NCBI GenBank assembly: GCA_041749335.1
Contig: JBGTBM010000007.1
Span: 149,957-213,956, forward strand
DNA: 64,000 nt
Origin: Patescibacteria group bacterium
GTDB lineage: Bacteria > Patescibacteriota > JABMPQ01
Reading direction: 5' to 3'
Made by a program: the position numbers and the translations under genes. Every line of letters starts with the position of its first letter. The stretch's first letter is position 1. The notes beneath the pieces are model-generated. The model saw only the letters and a list, made by a program, of their open reading frames with translations. It was not told the DNA's origin and made no database searches. This document shows positions 20,395-33,018 of this stretch, one piece after another.

Positions 20395-20817
20395 GATCGC
20401 GGCGAGAAGAATTCCAATTAATCCGCCGACAACAACTTCGGGATAAGTATGTCCCATTCGATCTGCCAATTCATCTTCAACATTAAGTTTTTTTTCGAAA
20501 TTATTTACACCAACTAATTTTTTTATAATGCGTCCTTGTTTTTCTAGTTCCATTCTGATGCCAACGGCATCGCGAACCAATATCGCGGCAATAATAAAGC
20601 ATACGGCAAACAATGTAGAATAGATTCCTTCATAAAAGCCGATTGAGGTTAATAATGAAGAAAGAAAAGCCGTATGAGCAGATGGCATTCCGCCGTAATC
20701 GTCAAAGGTTGAAGCCTTAAATTTTCGAGCTTTAATGCTTTTTATCACTATCTTTAATAATTGAGCAAACAGCCCGGAAATTAAAGATATGATTAATATT
20801 TTTGGTAATAAATCCAT
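20377..20817 (-). CDS. Divergent PAP2 / acid-phosphatase-vanadium-haloperoxidase-related membrane protein (DUF212)
   Basis: 'GGMPSAHTAFLSSL' and 'RMGHTYPEVVVGGLIG' match the PF02681 family. Confidence 0.65.
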   Translation of the reverse strand: MDLLPKILIISLISGLFAQLLKIVIKSIKARKFKASTFDDYGGMPSAHTAFLSSLLTSIGFYEGIYSTLFAVCFIIAAILVRDAVGIRMELEKQGRIIKKLVGVNNFEKKLNVEDELADRMGHTYPEVVVGGLIGILLAAILYFIF

Positions 20818-20875
20818 TTAAATAAATTATTTATTTAATTTTATCATTTAATACATTATAGACAAGTTTATTTAT

Positions 20876-21520
20876 ATGTATCTGCTTATAAACACAATCA
20901 GGGAAAAGAGCTTAATAGCGCTGTTTGATTTGAAAAAAGAAATAAAGTTTAATCAATGGGATTCTCGGAATAACCAATCAGAAGAATTATTAATAGCGGT
21001 GGATAAGTTACTAAAGACAAGTAAGCGATCACTCAAGGATTTAAAAGGGGTTGGCGTTATTAACGGCCCCGGTTCTTATACCGGAATTAGAGTAGGCGTA
21101 GGGATCGCAAACGCCCTGGCATATTCTTTGCAGATAAATATATTGGGTATAAGTATCTTAGAGATAATGTCGGCATATTATTTTAGTAGAAACAAAGACA
21201 AGGAAGTAGTTGCTCTAATGCATGCCATCTATGATAAATATTATTATGCCAGATACGCAAAGAAGGGCGAAACATTATTATTAAAAGAGTGCGGTAATGA
21301 AAAAATAATTAAGATTATCAATGAAAATGCTAATAAATATATAATCTTTAATGAGGGAGAAGCGGTAAATTTTAAACTAGAAAGTTGTGAATATTTTGAT
21401 GAGAAACAGAGATTATTTATTGAAAAATATTTTTTATCAGAACTTATAAAATCCAAAAAACAAAATAAAATAGCCACTCCTTTTTACTTAAATCAACCCA
21501 AGCTTACACTAAGCAGTTAA
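20876..21520 (+). CDS. tsaB: tRNA threonylcarbamoyladenosine biosynthesis protein TsaB (YeaZ)
   Basis: 'GVGVINGPGSYTGIRVGVGIANALAYSL' matches the TsaB/YeaZ N-terminal fold. No metal-binding HxxH, consistent with TsaB rather than TsaD. Confidence 0.7.
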   Translation: MYLLINTIREKSLIALFDLKKEIKFNQWDSRNNQSEELLIAVDKLLKTSKRSLKDLKGVGVINGPGSYTGIRVGVGIANALAYSLQINILGISILEIMSAYYFSRNKDKEVVALMHAIYDKYYYARYAKKGETLLLKECGNEKIIKIINENANKYIIFNEGEAVNFKLESCEYFDEKQRLFIEKYFLSELIKSKKQNKIATPFYLNQPKLTLSS

Positions 21521-21572
21521 GATTAAATATTATATTAAGGAGTTGAAGGAAAATTGATTAATAAATAAAAAA

Positions 21573-21601
21573 ATCAGCTTTAAGCAGCTGATCATGTTTT
21601 T
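21573..21601. terminator. Bidirectional hairpin terminator
   Basis: A perfect 7 bp stem ATCAGCT/AGCTGAT with loop TTAAGC and a T7 run downstream. Confidence 0.45.
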
Positions 21602-22177
21602 TTAACAAGGTGCTCCGAAATCATTAATATAAACAGTTACATAACATTGCCGATCCAATGTGATTATTTTTGATGGCGAGCGATGCGCGTTTTCAGCAAC
21701 CCACGTTACCATGTCGGCCAGCCCCTCATTTTTATTTTGAGAATAGTCAAAGGCGACTGCGGCCTGGTTCTTTTTGAAAAACTTGATTATAGAAGACATT
21801 AGCTTAAAGCCATAGCCTTGGCTTTGGGCTTTCGGAGAGATACAGAGGGCCGTTACATAATATAGTCTTCCTTGAGCAGTGTATTGTGGGAATCTTTTAC
21901 GCAAATATCTGTCATTACAGTAGGCGATTCGGGCTTTTACCAGATTATTGGTTAATAGACATAATCCGATTATTTTTTCTCCCGCGAAAAGAATATATTT
22001 ATGATAATCTGGATCTTTCATTGCTTGGTTGAATGAATCGAAATCGTAGCAAATTTGGTCTTGAGCACAGAAATCATCACAATCCGCAAAAGATTCTCTA
22101 TATGCTTCCCAAGCCGCTTGAATCAGGCCAATATCCAATATTTTGCGCTCAATTAAAACTTGTTCGTCTTTGGGCAT
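21602..22177 (-). CDS. GNAT-like acyltransferase (putative), GC-enriched
   Basis: About 190 aa with a 'ISPKAQSQGYGFKLM' motif resembling the GNAT acyl-CoA binding segment. Local GC is clearly higher than surrounding genes. Confidence 0.4.
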   Translation of the reverse strand: MPKDEQVLIERKILDIGLIQAAWEAYRESFADCDDFCAQDQICYDFDSFNQAMKDPDYHKYILFAGEKIIGLCLLTNNLVKARIAYCNDRYLRKRFPQYTAQGRLYYVTALCISPKAQSQGYGFKLMSSIIKFFKKNQAAVAFDYSQNKNEGLADMVTWVAENAHRSPSKIITLDRQCYVTVYINDFGAPC

Positions 22178-22242
22178 TTCGGCTCCATGTCAAAGTGCAA
22201 TTAAATTTATGATATAATATAAATAGAATATTACAATGCAAC

Positions 22243-23382
22243 ATGCTTTCAATCAAAAAACAAAATAAATATTATAATCCCCAAACATTAAAGACGCCCT
22301 ATTTAGTAATGGATAAAAGCATTATTGCGGATAAATATAAGCAACTCGAAAATATTACAGCAGGAGTGCAGGTATTTTATGCGGTTAAGGCTAATCCTGA
22401 TATAAATATAATAGGGCATTTGCATAAATTAGGGTGCGGTTTTGAAATATCTTCACAGCAAGAGTTGAAAGAAGTTTTAAGTATTAGGGTGAATCCCGAG
22501 ATGATTATTTCATCTAACCCGTTAAAATTGCCTGAATTTATTAAAGCAGCTTATCAAGCGGGGGTTAAACATTTTTCTTATGATAGTCAGATGGAGATTG
22601 ATAAATTATCCAAATGGGCTCCAGGCAGTAAAGGGTATCTAAGGTTGGAAGTTGATAATTCTAAATCCGAATGGCCGTTATCAAAAAAGTTTGGAGTGGC
22701 TTTTAACGAAGCTTTAAAATTATTGGAATATGCTACAAAATCAAATATGAATCCCGAGGGCATAACTTTCCATGTGGGTTCACAATGCACCGATTCACAT
22801 AGTTGGAAAAATGCTATTGATAAAACCAATGATTTATTTAAGGCAGCTAAGACAAAAAAAATAAATTTACACACGGTTAATATTGGCGGCGGAATACCAA
22901 TTCACTACACCAATGATGTTCCATCAGTGGAGGATATTGGACGGACAGTCAGTCAGAATTTAAAGGAAAAATTTACCCATAATGCAATTAAAGTAATGAT
23001 CGAACCGGGCCGAGCCTTAGTAGGTGATTGCGGGAATATTGTCACTAAAGTAATTTTAAAAGCAGTGCGAAAAAAAGAACATTGGCTCTATCTTGACGTC
23101 GGAGTATTTAACGGCTTAATGGAAACCCTGGAGGGGATGAAATATGATATCTTCTCAGAAAGACATTTGTCAGGTAATATGAAAGATGTAAAAAAAATTC
23201 CTTATACCATTGCGGGTCCATCATGCGATAGCCTTGATGTCATGTTTAAAAATTATTTATTACCGGCAGATTTGAGGTTGGGCGATATTTTATATATTAT
23301 AAATACTGGCGCTTACACCACAGCCTACGCTTCAAAATTCAATGGGATTCCCATCCCTAAAACATATTTTATTGAAAAATAA
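22243..23382 (+). CDS. Orn/Lys/DAP decarboxylase family (fold-type III PLP enzyme)
   Basis: PLP-lysine motif 'FYAVKANPD', then 'GCGFEISSQQEL', 'HVGSQ', and a C-terminal 'GAYT.A..S.FNG'. Confidence 0.75.
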   Translation: MLSIKKQNKYYNPQTLKTPYLVMDKSIIADKYKQLENITAGVQVFYAVKANPDINIIGHLHKLGCGFEISSQQELKEVLSIRVNPEMIISSNPLKLPEFIKAAYQAGVKHFSYDSQMEIDKLSKWAPGSKGYLRLEVDNSKSEWPLSKKFGVAFNEALKLLEYATKSNMNPEGITFHVGSQCTDSHSWKNAIDKTNDLFKAAKTKKINLHTVNIGGGIPIHYTNDVPSVEDIGRTVSQNLKEKFTHNAIKVMIEPGRALVGDCGNIVTKVILKAVRKKEHWLYLDVGVFNGLMETLEGMKYDIFSERHLSGNMKDVKKIPYTIAGPSCDSLDVMFKNYLLPADLRLGDILYIINTGAYTTAYASKFNGIPIPKTYFIEK

Positions 23383-23401
23383 AAAACAAAAATAAACCAA
23401 T

Positions 23402-25558
23402 ATGTTTGTTTATTTAATTTATATTCCAATCTTAATCATTCTAATTATTTTAGGCTTTTTTGTATTTATTAAAAATCGTAAAAGTCCGGTAAATATTTCT
23501 TTCAGTCTATTCGTTTTATCAATTGCTTTTTGGGTCTTTGCACTTATTTTTGCTGATGGCCTAAAAAATTATGAACAGGTATTTTTGTGGAACCAGCTGG
23601 CCATGATTGGTCCGGCTTTTGTGCCGGTGACTTTTTTAATTTTTGTAATTTATTATTTAAAAGAATATCAACCATCGATATTCACAATTTTAGCTTTATT
23701 TATTCCGGCGATTATAATTTTGATTTTTATTCCAACGAAATATAATATCAAAGAGATAAAAATAAGGGATTGGGGATCAGAGGTTGTTCCCGGTAGCCTG
23801 TATTTATTTTTTTTGGGGTATATCATAATTTATATGGGTTGCGGCTTATATCTTTTGGCAAAAAAATATTTTAGAGTATCGGGGCTGACAAGGATGCAGA
23901 TAAAATATATTTTTGGAGGTATTTTTTTGGGTGCCTCATTGGGAGTTTGCACAAATCTGATTTTCCTTTTCTGTGGTATTTCTAATTTTAGTATTTTGGC
24001 TCCTTTTTCCGCTTTAATTATGTCTGTTTGTATTTCCTACGCGATCTTAAAGTATCAGCTAATGGATATTAAAGTTATTATTCAAAAAGGCTTAATTTAC
24101 GCGATGCTTTTTGGCCTGACATTCATTTTTTATTCATTAATCATAAGGCTACTGACAGAGTTATTGGAAAATTCTGTTCAATTTATTTCTGCCATGACCG
24201 TTTTTATTTCTTCGCTTTTTATTGTTTTGACTTTTAAGCCGATGGAAAGATTTTTTCAAAAAATTACAAACCGCATTTTTTTCAAACAGGAATATGATTA
24301 TAGCAAAACCTTATCTCAGCTGGGAGAGGCCTTAAATGAAATCGTACAGGTCAATGCTTTAGTAAAACAAGTGGTTAAAACATTATCACGATCATTGCAG
24401 GTGCGGGATATTAAGGTTTTACTAAAAAATCCCAAGGAGAAAATTTATAAAGTGGTAGGGGTAAATAAAAAAAATAATAAAATATTTGAAATAAGTATTA
24501 AAAGCGAAATAGCAAAATATTTACTAAAAAATAATGTGGCAATCAATCGCGATTGGCTGCAAATCAAGATCGAAGAAAACGAAAAACACAATAATAAAAA
24601 TTATCAAGAAATTATATCTAAGCTTGATCAATATAAAGTTGTATTGGCCCTACCCTTAATATTCCAAAAAGAATTAATTGGCATTATGACATTGGGAAAA
24701 AAGTTGTCCGGCGACCCATTTTCCGAAAAAGATATTGGCTTACTTTCAATATTTTCTAATCAGCTGGCCGTTGCGATCAATAATGCCTGGCTATTTGAAA
24801 ATTTGGAGCAAAAAGTAAAAGACCGCACTAAGGATCTAAAAAGGGCCTATAATGAGTTAAGTAAAATTGATAAAGCAAAAACCGAATTTATTTCCGTTGC
24901 CTCACACCAGCTTAGAACGCCGCTTACTGCCATTAAGGGCATATTGGACATGTCGCGTAGTGGTGATTTCGGGGAGCTAAATGAGCTGCAGTCAAAATAT
25001 ATTAGCAAGGCGTTTGAAAGCAATGAGCGTTTGATTAGATTGGTTAATGACCTTTTAAATATTTCTCGCATTGAAATGGGAAGAATGAAATTAAAGATCG
25101 AAAATTTTGCCATTGATTCTATGATCAGGAGCGTAATGGAAGAATTGTCCGAACATGCCAGGAATAAAAGTTTAAGCTTGATACTAAAAACTAAAGCCAA
25201 TAAAAAATATAACGTCAGTGCTGATCCGGAACAAATTAGGCAAGTATTAGTAAATTTAATAGACAACGCCATTAAATACACCGATCGCGGGAAAGTTGTG
25301 GCAAAAATAATCGACTCAAGCGATGCGCTGGTTGTTGGTATAGCTGATACGGGGAGAGGCATTGGGCAGCAGGATTTGAAATATATTTTTAAAAAATATA
25401 CCAGGGCAAAATATGAGACTAGTCGATATATTGGAGGAGAGGGGTTGGGTCTTTATATAGTAAAGAAAATACTGGAGGCGCATAACGGAGAAGTATGGGC
25501 GGAAAGTGCCGGTATTAATAAAGGCGCCAGCTTTTATTTTAATTTACCTAGAAAATAA
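23402..25558 (+). CDS. Sensor histidine kinase with a large N-terminal polytopic membrane domain and GAF-like linker
   Basis: About 9 TM helices, an H-box 'SVASHQLRTPLTAIKG', N-box 'LIDNAIKYT', and G-boxes 'DTGRGIG' / 'GEGLGLYIV'. Confidence 0.8.
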   Translation: MFVYLIYIPILIILIILGFFVFIKNRKSPVNISFSLFVLSIAFWVFALIFADGLKNYEQVFLWNQLAMIGPAFVPVTFLIFVIYYLKEYQPSIFTILALFIPAIIILIFIPTKYNIKEIKIRDWGSEVVPGSLYLFFLGYIIIYMGCGLYLLAKKYFRVSGLTRMQIKYIFGGIFLGASLGVCTNLIFLFCGISNFSILAPFSALIMSVCISYAILKYQLMDIKVIIQKGLIYAMLFGLTFIFYSLIIRLLTELLENSVQFISAMTVFISSLFIVLTFKPMERFFQKITNRIFFKQEYDYSKTLSQLGEALNEIVQVNALVKQVVKTLSRSLQVRDIKVLLKNPKEKIYKVVGVNKKNNKIFEISIKSEIAKYLLKNNVAINRDWLQIKIEENEKHNNKNYQEIISKLDQYKVVLALPLIFQKELIGIMTLGKKLSGDPFSEKDIGLLSIFSNQLAVAINNAWLFENLEQKVKDRTKDLKRAYNELSKIDKAKTEFISVASHQLRTPLTAIKGILDMSRSGDFGELNELQSKYISKAFESNERLIRLVNDLLNISRIEMGRMKLKIENFAIDSMIRSVMEELSEHARNKSLSLILKTKANKKYNVSADPEQIRQVLVNLIDNAIKYTDRGKVVAKIIDSSDALVVGIADTGRGIGQQDLKYIFKKYTRAKYETSRYIGGEGLGLYIVKKILEAHNGEVWAESAGINKGASFYFNLPRK

Positions 25559-25562
25559 TAAA

Positions 25563-25937
25563 ATGGCAAAGAACCAAAAAAGAATTTTAATTGTAGAAGA
25601 TGATGAAATTTTATCTGATATCTACGCGGTTAAGCTTGAGCTAGAAGGATATGAGGTAATAATGGCAGCTGAGGGGCGCAAGGGTATAGAAGCCGCAATC
25701 AGCAAGCAACCGGATTTAATTCTGTTGGATATAGTACTGCCAAAAATAAATGGTTTTGAAGTGCTAAAAATACTTAAAAAAAATAAAAAAATGAAAACAA
25801 CTCCGGTTGTTTTTTTATCCAACTTGGGGCAGGATTACGAAGTAAAAAAGGGCTTAGAACTGGGTGCGGTTAAATATCTAGTTAAATCCAATTATACTCC
25901 GGCACAGGTAATTCAAATAGTTAAAGAAATTATATAA
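25563..25937 (+). CDS. Response regulator receiver (stand-alone REC domain)
   Basis: 'RILIVEDDE', 'LILLDIVLP', and 'VVFLSN..' match CheY-like acidic pocket residues. Start moved from the ORF-track 25506 to the in-frame ATG at 25563, just after the kinase stop. Confidence 0.75.
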   Translation: MAKNQKRILIVEDDEILSDIYAVKLELEGYEVIMAAEGRKGIEAAISKQPDLILLDIVLPKINGFEVLKILKKNKKMKTTPVVFLSNLGQDYEVKKGLELGAVKYLVKSNYTPAQVIQIVKEII

Positions 25938-26033
25938 ATTTAATACCTTTCAATTTTAATCGCACTTACTTTTTTTCCAGTTTAATATATACTTAAAAAA
26001 TAAATTAAATAAAATTGGAAGGGGGTGACATTG

Positions 26034-26453
26034 ATGAAAAAATTTTTTACCTTGCAAAAGGAGCACAAAGGTTTTACTCTGGTTGAATTATTGGTAGTGA
26101 TTGCTATCATAGGAATTTTGGCAGCTTTAGTGCTTGTCGCCTTATCGCGGGCCAGAACTAAAGCTGATGATGCGCAAAGAGAAAGTGATATAAGACAAGT
26201 GGCGCTTGCTATGGAAATGGCATATGATGATGACGATGCATATCCAATTTCAGCTGCTTATCCAACATCAATTGCCAGCAGCTCGGGAACTTATGTCGAG
26301 AATTCTCCCACTGACCCATCAGGCGGAAGTTATGGCTGGAAGGATAATGCTGGTGACGATCAAATATTTTGCGTTTCCGCGGATCTGCAATTGGGAGATT
26401 ATTTCAAATGTACTCAAGATGGATGTAGTGAAGAGGCGGAAGCTTGTTTATAA
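26034..26453 (+). CDS. Type IV pilin-like protein (prepilin N-terminal methylation motif)
   Basis: Leader '[13 protein letters not shown]' then '[24 protein letters not shown]' (G|F cleavage, Glu+5). A ribosome-binding site GGAAGGGGG lies upstream of this ATG. The C-terminal region has 3 Cys. Confidence 0.8.
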   Translation: MKKFFTLQKEHKGFTLVELLVVIAIIGILAALVLVALSRARTKADDAQRESDIRQVALAMEMAYDDDDAYPISAAYPTSIASSSGTYVENSPTDPSGGSYGWKDNAGDDQIFCVSADLQLGDYFKCTQDGCSEEAEACL

Positions 26454-26478
26454 GGCTAAAATCATTATTTATCTTAAT

Positions 26479-26509
26479 AAAAGACGAGCCAATGTTCGTC
26501 TTTTATTTT
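26479..26509 (+). terminator. Rho-independent terminator after the pilin gene
   Basis: Stem AAGACGA/TCGTCTT with an 8 nt loop, followed by TTTTATTTT. Confidence 0.55.
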
Positions 26510-26538
26510 AGTTCGCTTAATGTTAAAATGAGTTATCT

Positions 26539-29372
<2,834 letters not shown>

Positions 29373-29408
29373 ACAAAATATTTTAAGGTAAAATATAAAT
29401 AATTTAAT

Positions 29409-29720
29409 ATGAAAAAAATAAATAAACTAACCAAGCAAGATGTTGAACATGTGGCTAAACTAGCGCGCATTAAAATATCCGAAACCGAAAAAGAAATATA
29501 TAGTGCGCAGCTAAGCTCAATCCTAGAGTATATCAATAAACTGAACGAAGTCGAAACTGATAAGATTTCAGCGGCAACTCATATGAGCGGATTAAAAAAT
29601 GTCATGAGGGCAGATAAAGCCGCGGAGTGTAATATACAAAAAGATTTAATTGAAGCCGCGCCTGAATACGAAAATAATATGATAAAAGTAAAAGCGGTTT
29701 TGAAAGGAGGAAAACAATGA
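29409..29720 (+). CDS. gatC: Asp/Glu-tRNA amidotransferase subunit C
   Basis: About 100 aa, 'VEHVAKLARIKISETEKE...', positioned immediately upstream of gatA. Confidence 0.8.
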   Translation: MKKINKLTKQDVEHVAKLARIKISETEKEIYSAQLSSILEYINKLNEVETDKISAATHMSGLKNVMRADKAAECNIQKDLIEAAPEYENNMIKVKAVLKGGKQ

Positions 29721-31192
29721 ATATTAATGAATTATCTATTAAATTAGCTTATGAAAAGCTTAGAGCTGGCGAAATATCTTCGTATGAGCTAACAAAATCT
29801 TGCTTGGATAGAATAGAAAATATAGATCATAAGTTAAATGCGTTTTTAGCGGTTTTTCGAGATGATGCCTTGAAACAAGCGAAAGAAATTGATGAAAAAA
29901 TAAGCAAAAATGAAGATTTAAATTATTTGGCGGGAATACCGGTGGCGATCAAAGATGTAATATTGATGAAGGGGAAAAAGAATACCTGCGGTTCTAAGAT
30001 ATTGGAGAATTATGTGGCATCGTATGACGCAACCGTGATAAAGAAATTAAAAGAAGCAGGCGCAATTATTATTGGAAAAACAAACTGTGACGAGTTTGCT
30101 ATGGGATCATCTACAGAAAATTCAGCCTTTGGCAGCGTTAAAAATCCCTATGATCTTGAAAGAGTGCCGGGTGGATCTTCCGGAGGATCAGCGGCTGCTG
30201 TAGCATCAGACCAATGTATCTACGCTCTCGGGTCCGATACGGGTGGATCAATCAGGCAGCCTGCAGCTTATTGCAATATTGTCGGGTTGAAGCCTACTTA
30301 TGGAAGAGTTTCTCGCTATGGACTATCTGCTATGGCTTCCAGTCTAGATCAGATCGGTCCTTTTACGAAAACTGCGGAAGATGCGGCTTGGGTATTCAGC
30401 GTTTTGGCGGGAACGGATGAGAATGATTCAACTTGCATGACCGAAGCTGCTCCGGAATTTTTCAATAATATTTACCCTGGAGTTAAAGGCAGAAAAATTG
30501 GCATTATTAAGCAAGGTTTTGGGGAAGGAATCAATGAAAATGTAAAAAAACAAATTTTAAAAGAAATGGAAAAATTTGAAAAATTGGGCGCAAAAGTTTC
30601 AGAGGTGGAAATACCGCATTTGGAATATTCGCTGCCGGTATATTATATAATCATGCCATCGGAAGTAAGTTCAAACTTAGCTCGCTTTGACGGTATTCGT
30701 TACGGATTTTCGCAAGTAAAGCATGCGCCACAGGACGTTAAAGATTTATTGGATGTATATATGAAAAGTCGTGCCAAGGGCATGGGCGACGAAGTTAAAA
30801 GGAGGATTATGATTGGAACATACGCGCTATCCTCCGGTTATTACGATGCTTATTATAAAAAAGCGCAAAAGGTGAGAACAATAATTATCAATGATTTTAA
30901 AAAGGCTTTTGAAAAATATGATGTTTTGATCACGCCAACTGCGCCGGATATTGCTTTTAAGCTTGGTGAAAAAATTAATGACCCCTTGAGCATGTATTTG
31001 AGTGATATTATGACGGTTTCAGCTAATGTAGCCGGACTTCCAGCAATCTCTATTCCTAGTGGTTTTGTAAACGGTATGCCGATTGGTATGCAAATATTTG
31101 GAAATTATTTTGATGAGAAAAAATTATTTGAAACAGCCATTAGTTATGAGCTTTATAACAAGTGGCGGGATGTTAAGCCGAAAATAAATTAA
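29717..31192 (+). CDS. gatA: Asp/Glu-tRNA amidotransferase subunit A (amidase)
   Basis: Amidase signature 'GGSSGGSAAAVA' with a Ser-cisSer-Lys triad context ('IKDVI', 'GSDTGGSIRQPA'). Confidence 0.9.
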   Translation: MNINELSIKLAYEKLRAGEISSYELTKSCLDRIENIDHKLNAFLAVFRDDALKQAKEIDEKISKNEDLNYLAGIPVAIKDVILMKGKKNTCGSKILENYVASYDATVIKKLKEAGAIIIGKTNCDEFAMGSSTENSAFGSVKNPYDLERVPGGSSGGSAAAVASDQCIYALGSDTGGSIRQPAAYCNIVGLKPTYGRVSRYGLSAMASSLDQIGPFTKTAEDAAWVFSVLAGTDENDSTCMTEAAPEFFNNIYPGVKGRKIGIIKQGFGEGINENVKKQILKEMEKFEKLGAKVSEVEIPHLEYSLPVYYIIMPSEVSSNLARFDGIRYGFSQVKHAPQDVKDLLDVYMKSRAKGMGDEVKRRIMIGTYALSSGYYDAYYKKAQKVRTIIINDFKKAFEKYDVLITPTAPDIAFKLGEKINDPLSMYLSDIMTVSANVAGLPAISIPSGFVNGMPIGMQIFGNYFDEKKLFETAISYELYNKWRDVKPKIN

Positions 31193-31201
31193 TGCAAAAA
31201 T

Positions 31202-32461
31202 ATGAATGAAGAAAAAACACCCAAGATTGTGAAAAAAACAAGAGAAAAAAATAAGTCCGGATATTGCGGAATAATAACCATTACTGCCGCGATAAGCATA
31301 GTATTAAGTATGATTGTTGGTTTTGCTTCCTCCGGGCTGGGAGCGGTTTTGGCGGATAAATTAACCGGCAAAGAAATTGAAAAAACCATCCAGCAAGAAA
31401 TGGTTGAAGAAGAATCAGCTACCATTACGTCAGTCGAGAAAGTTAAACCGGCGGTGGTAAGCATTGTTGTAACAAAAGATTTACAAACTTATTATCGCAG
31501 TAGCGATCCTTTTAATCATCCATTTTTTAGAAATCTTTTTGACCAATATGGTATTAATGAACCCCAGTATGAAGAAGAAGTAGAGACGGAAAAACAAAAA
31601 ATTGGGGGTGGTACGGGATTTATTATTTCATCTGACGGAATGATACTTACTAATCGCCATGTGGTAACTGACAATGGAGCGGATTATACCGTGGTAACCA
31701 ATGATGGCAAGGAATATGAAGCCAGAATTTTAGCTACGGATCCTATCAACGATGTTGCCTTAGTAAAAATTGATGCTGCGGATCTTCCGGTGGTTGAATT
31801 GGGAGATTCAAGTAATTTAAAGGAAGGTCAGACCGTAATTGCCATTGGGTACACCTTGGGGGAATATCATAATACGGTTACCAAAGGAGTAATATCGGGT
31901 TTGAGTCGCGCCATAACTGCCGGGGGTGTAAATGGAACTAAATCAGAAAATTTGGAAAATATCATACAGACCGATGCAGCCATTAACCCGGGCAATTCAG
32001 GCGGACCCTTGGTTAATTTAGCGGGGCAGGTAGTAGGTATCAATACGGCTGTTGATTTTTCCGGTCAATTAATCGGTTTCGCTATTCCGATTAATGACGC
32101 CAAGGAAGATATCGACAGCGTAATGGAAAGCGGAAAAATTACCCAACCTTATTTAGGCGTAAGGTATGTGTTATTAGACAAAAATATTGCTCAGGAAAAT
32201 AACCTTGAAATTGATTATGGAGCATTAGTAATTCGAGGTTCCGGAGTAAGTGAGATCGCTGTAATTCCGGGAAGTCCGGCCGATAAAGCCGGAATAGTAG
32301 AGAATGATATTATTTTGGAAATCGACGACAAACAAATTAAACAGGGCAACGATCTGCAAAAGGCCATATCAAAATATCGAGTCGATGCTGAAATAAAATT
32401 AAAAATCTGGCACAAAGGAGAAATAAAAGAAGTCGCAGTTAAATTAGAAGAAAGAAAATAA
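31202..32461 (+). CDS. HtrA/DegP-family serine protease with PDZ domain
   Basis: An N-terminal TM helix, catalytic triad contexts 'LTNRHVV', 'DVALVKID', 'GNSGGPLVN', and a C-terminal PDZ. Confidence 0.85.
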   Translation: MNEEKTPKIVKKTREKNKSGYCGIITITAAISIVLSMIVGFASSGLGAVLADKLTGKEIEKTIQQEMVEEESATITSVEKVKPAVVSIVVTKDLQTYYRSSDPFNHPFFRNLFDQYGINEPQYEEEVETEKQKIGGGTGFIISSDGMILTNRHVVTDNGADYTVVTNDGKEYEARILATDPINDVALVKIDAADLPVVELGDSSNLKEGQTVIAIGYTLGEYHNTVTKGVISGLSRAITAGGVNGTKSENLENIIQTDAAINPGNSGGPLVNLAGQVVGINTAVDFSGQLIGFAIPINDAKEDIDSVMESGKITQPYLGVRYVLLDKNIAQENNLEIDYGALVIRGSGVSEIAVIPGSPADKAGIVENDIILEIDDKQIKQGNDLQKAISKYRVDAEIKLKIWHKGEIKEVAVKLEERK

Positions 32462-32481
32462 TTTATATATTATTTAAAAAA

Positions 32482-32508
32482 GAGGCGAGATAAAACGCTT
32501 CTTTTTTT
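32482..32508 (+). terminator. Rho-independent terminator after htrA
   Basis: Stem AGAGGCG/CGCTTCT with one G-T pair, followed by a T7 run. Confidence 0.5.
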
Positions 32509-32571
32509 GTTGGTTATTGAAAAAAGATTATATTAATAATATAATAGATTATATATAAATAGCTTTTAATT

Positions 32572-33018
32572 ATGAAAAATTTAGAGAAAAAAATAAAGGA
32601 AGATTTGGTTTCCGCGCTCAAAAGCCGCAACGAACTGACATCGTCGGTGCTTAGAATGCTGTTGGCGGATATTAAGAATCGCAGTATTGAAAAGAAATCG
32701 GATTTAGACGATGCAGAAGTGGAAGCCGCTATAAAGAGCGGAGTTAAAAAAAGAAAAGATTCAATCGAGTCATATCTGGCAGGTAATCGTCCCGAATTGG
32801 CGGAAAAAGAGGAAGCTGAGATAAAAATACTGAAAGAATATTTACCGGAGCAGATGGGTGAAAATGAGATCGTAAAAATTGTAAAAAATGTTATCAGCGA
32901 ATTGGGCGCAGTATCACATGCAGATTTTGGCAAAGTAATGGGCGTGGCAATGGGAAAATTAAAGGGTCAGGCGGATGGAAATACCGTCAGCAAGATTGTT
33001 AAAGAAAATTTATCATGA
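32572..33018 (+). CDS. GatB/YqeY domain protein
   Basis: 'LKEDLVSALKSRNELTSSVLRMLLADIKN...' matches the YqeY family. Confidence 0.7.
   Translation: MKNLEKKIKEDLVSALKSRNELTSSVLRMLLADIKNRSIEKKSDLDDAEVEAAIKSGVKKRKDSIESYLAGNRPELAEKEEAEIKILKEYLPEQMGENEIVKIVKNVISELGAVSHADFGKVMGVAMGKLKGQADGNTVSKIVKENLS

Noticed and set aside
24847-25362. 171 aa minus-strand ORF inside the histidine kinase
   Set aside because: It is antisense to the HisKA/HATPase region, which has textbook H/N/G boxes on the plus strand.
25506-25562. N-terminal extension of the response regulator suggested by the ORF track
   Set aside because: It would overlap the kinase gene by 50 nt. An in-frame ATG at 25563 immediately after the kinase stop gives a canonical REC N-terminus.
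26206-26511. 101 aa plus-strand ORF overlapping the pilin gene
   Set aside because: It is a different frame of the pilin gene and crosses the terminator hairpin.
32514-32933. 139 aa minus-strand ORF opposite the GatB/YqeY gene
   Set aside because: The plus-strand product matches a known family. The minus ORF is low complexity.
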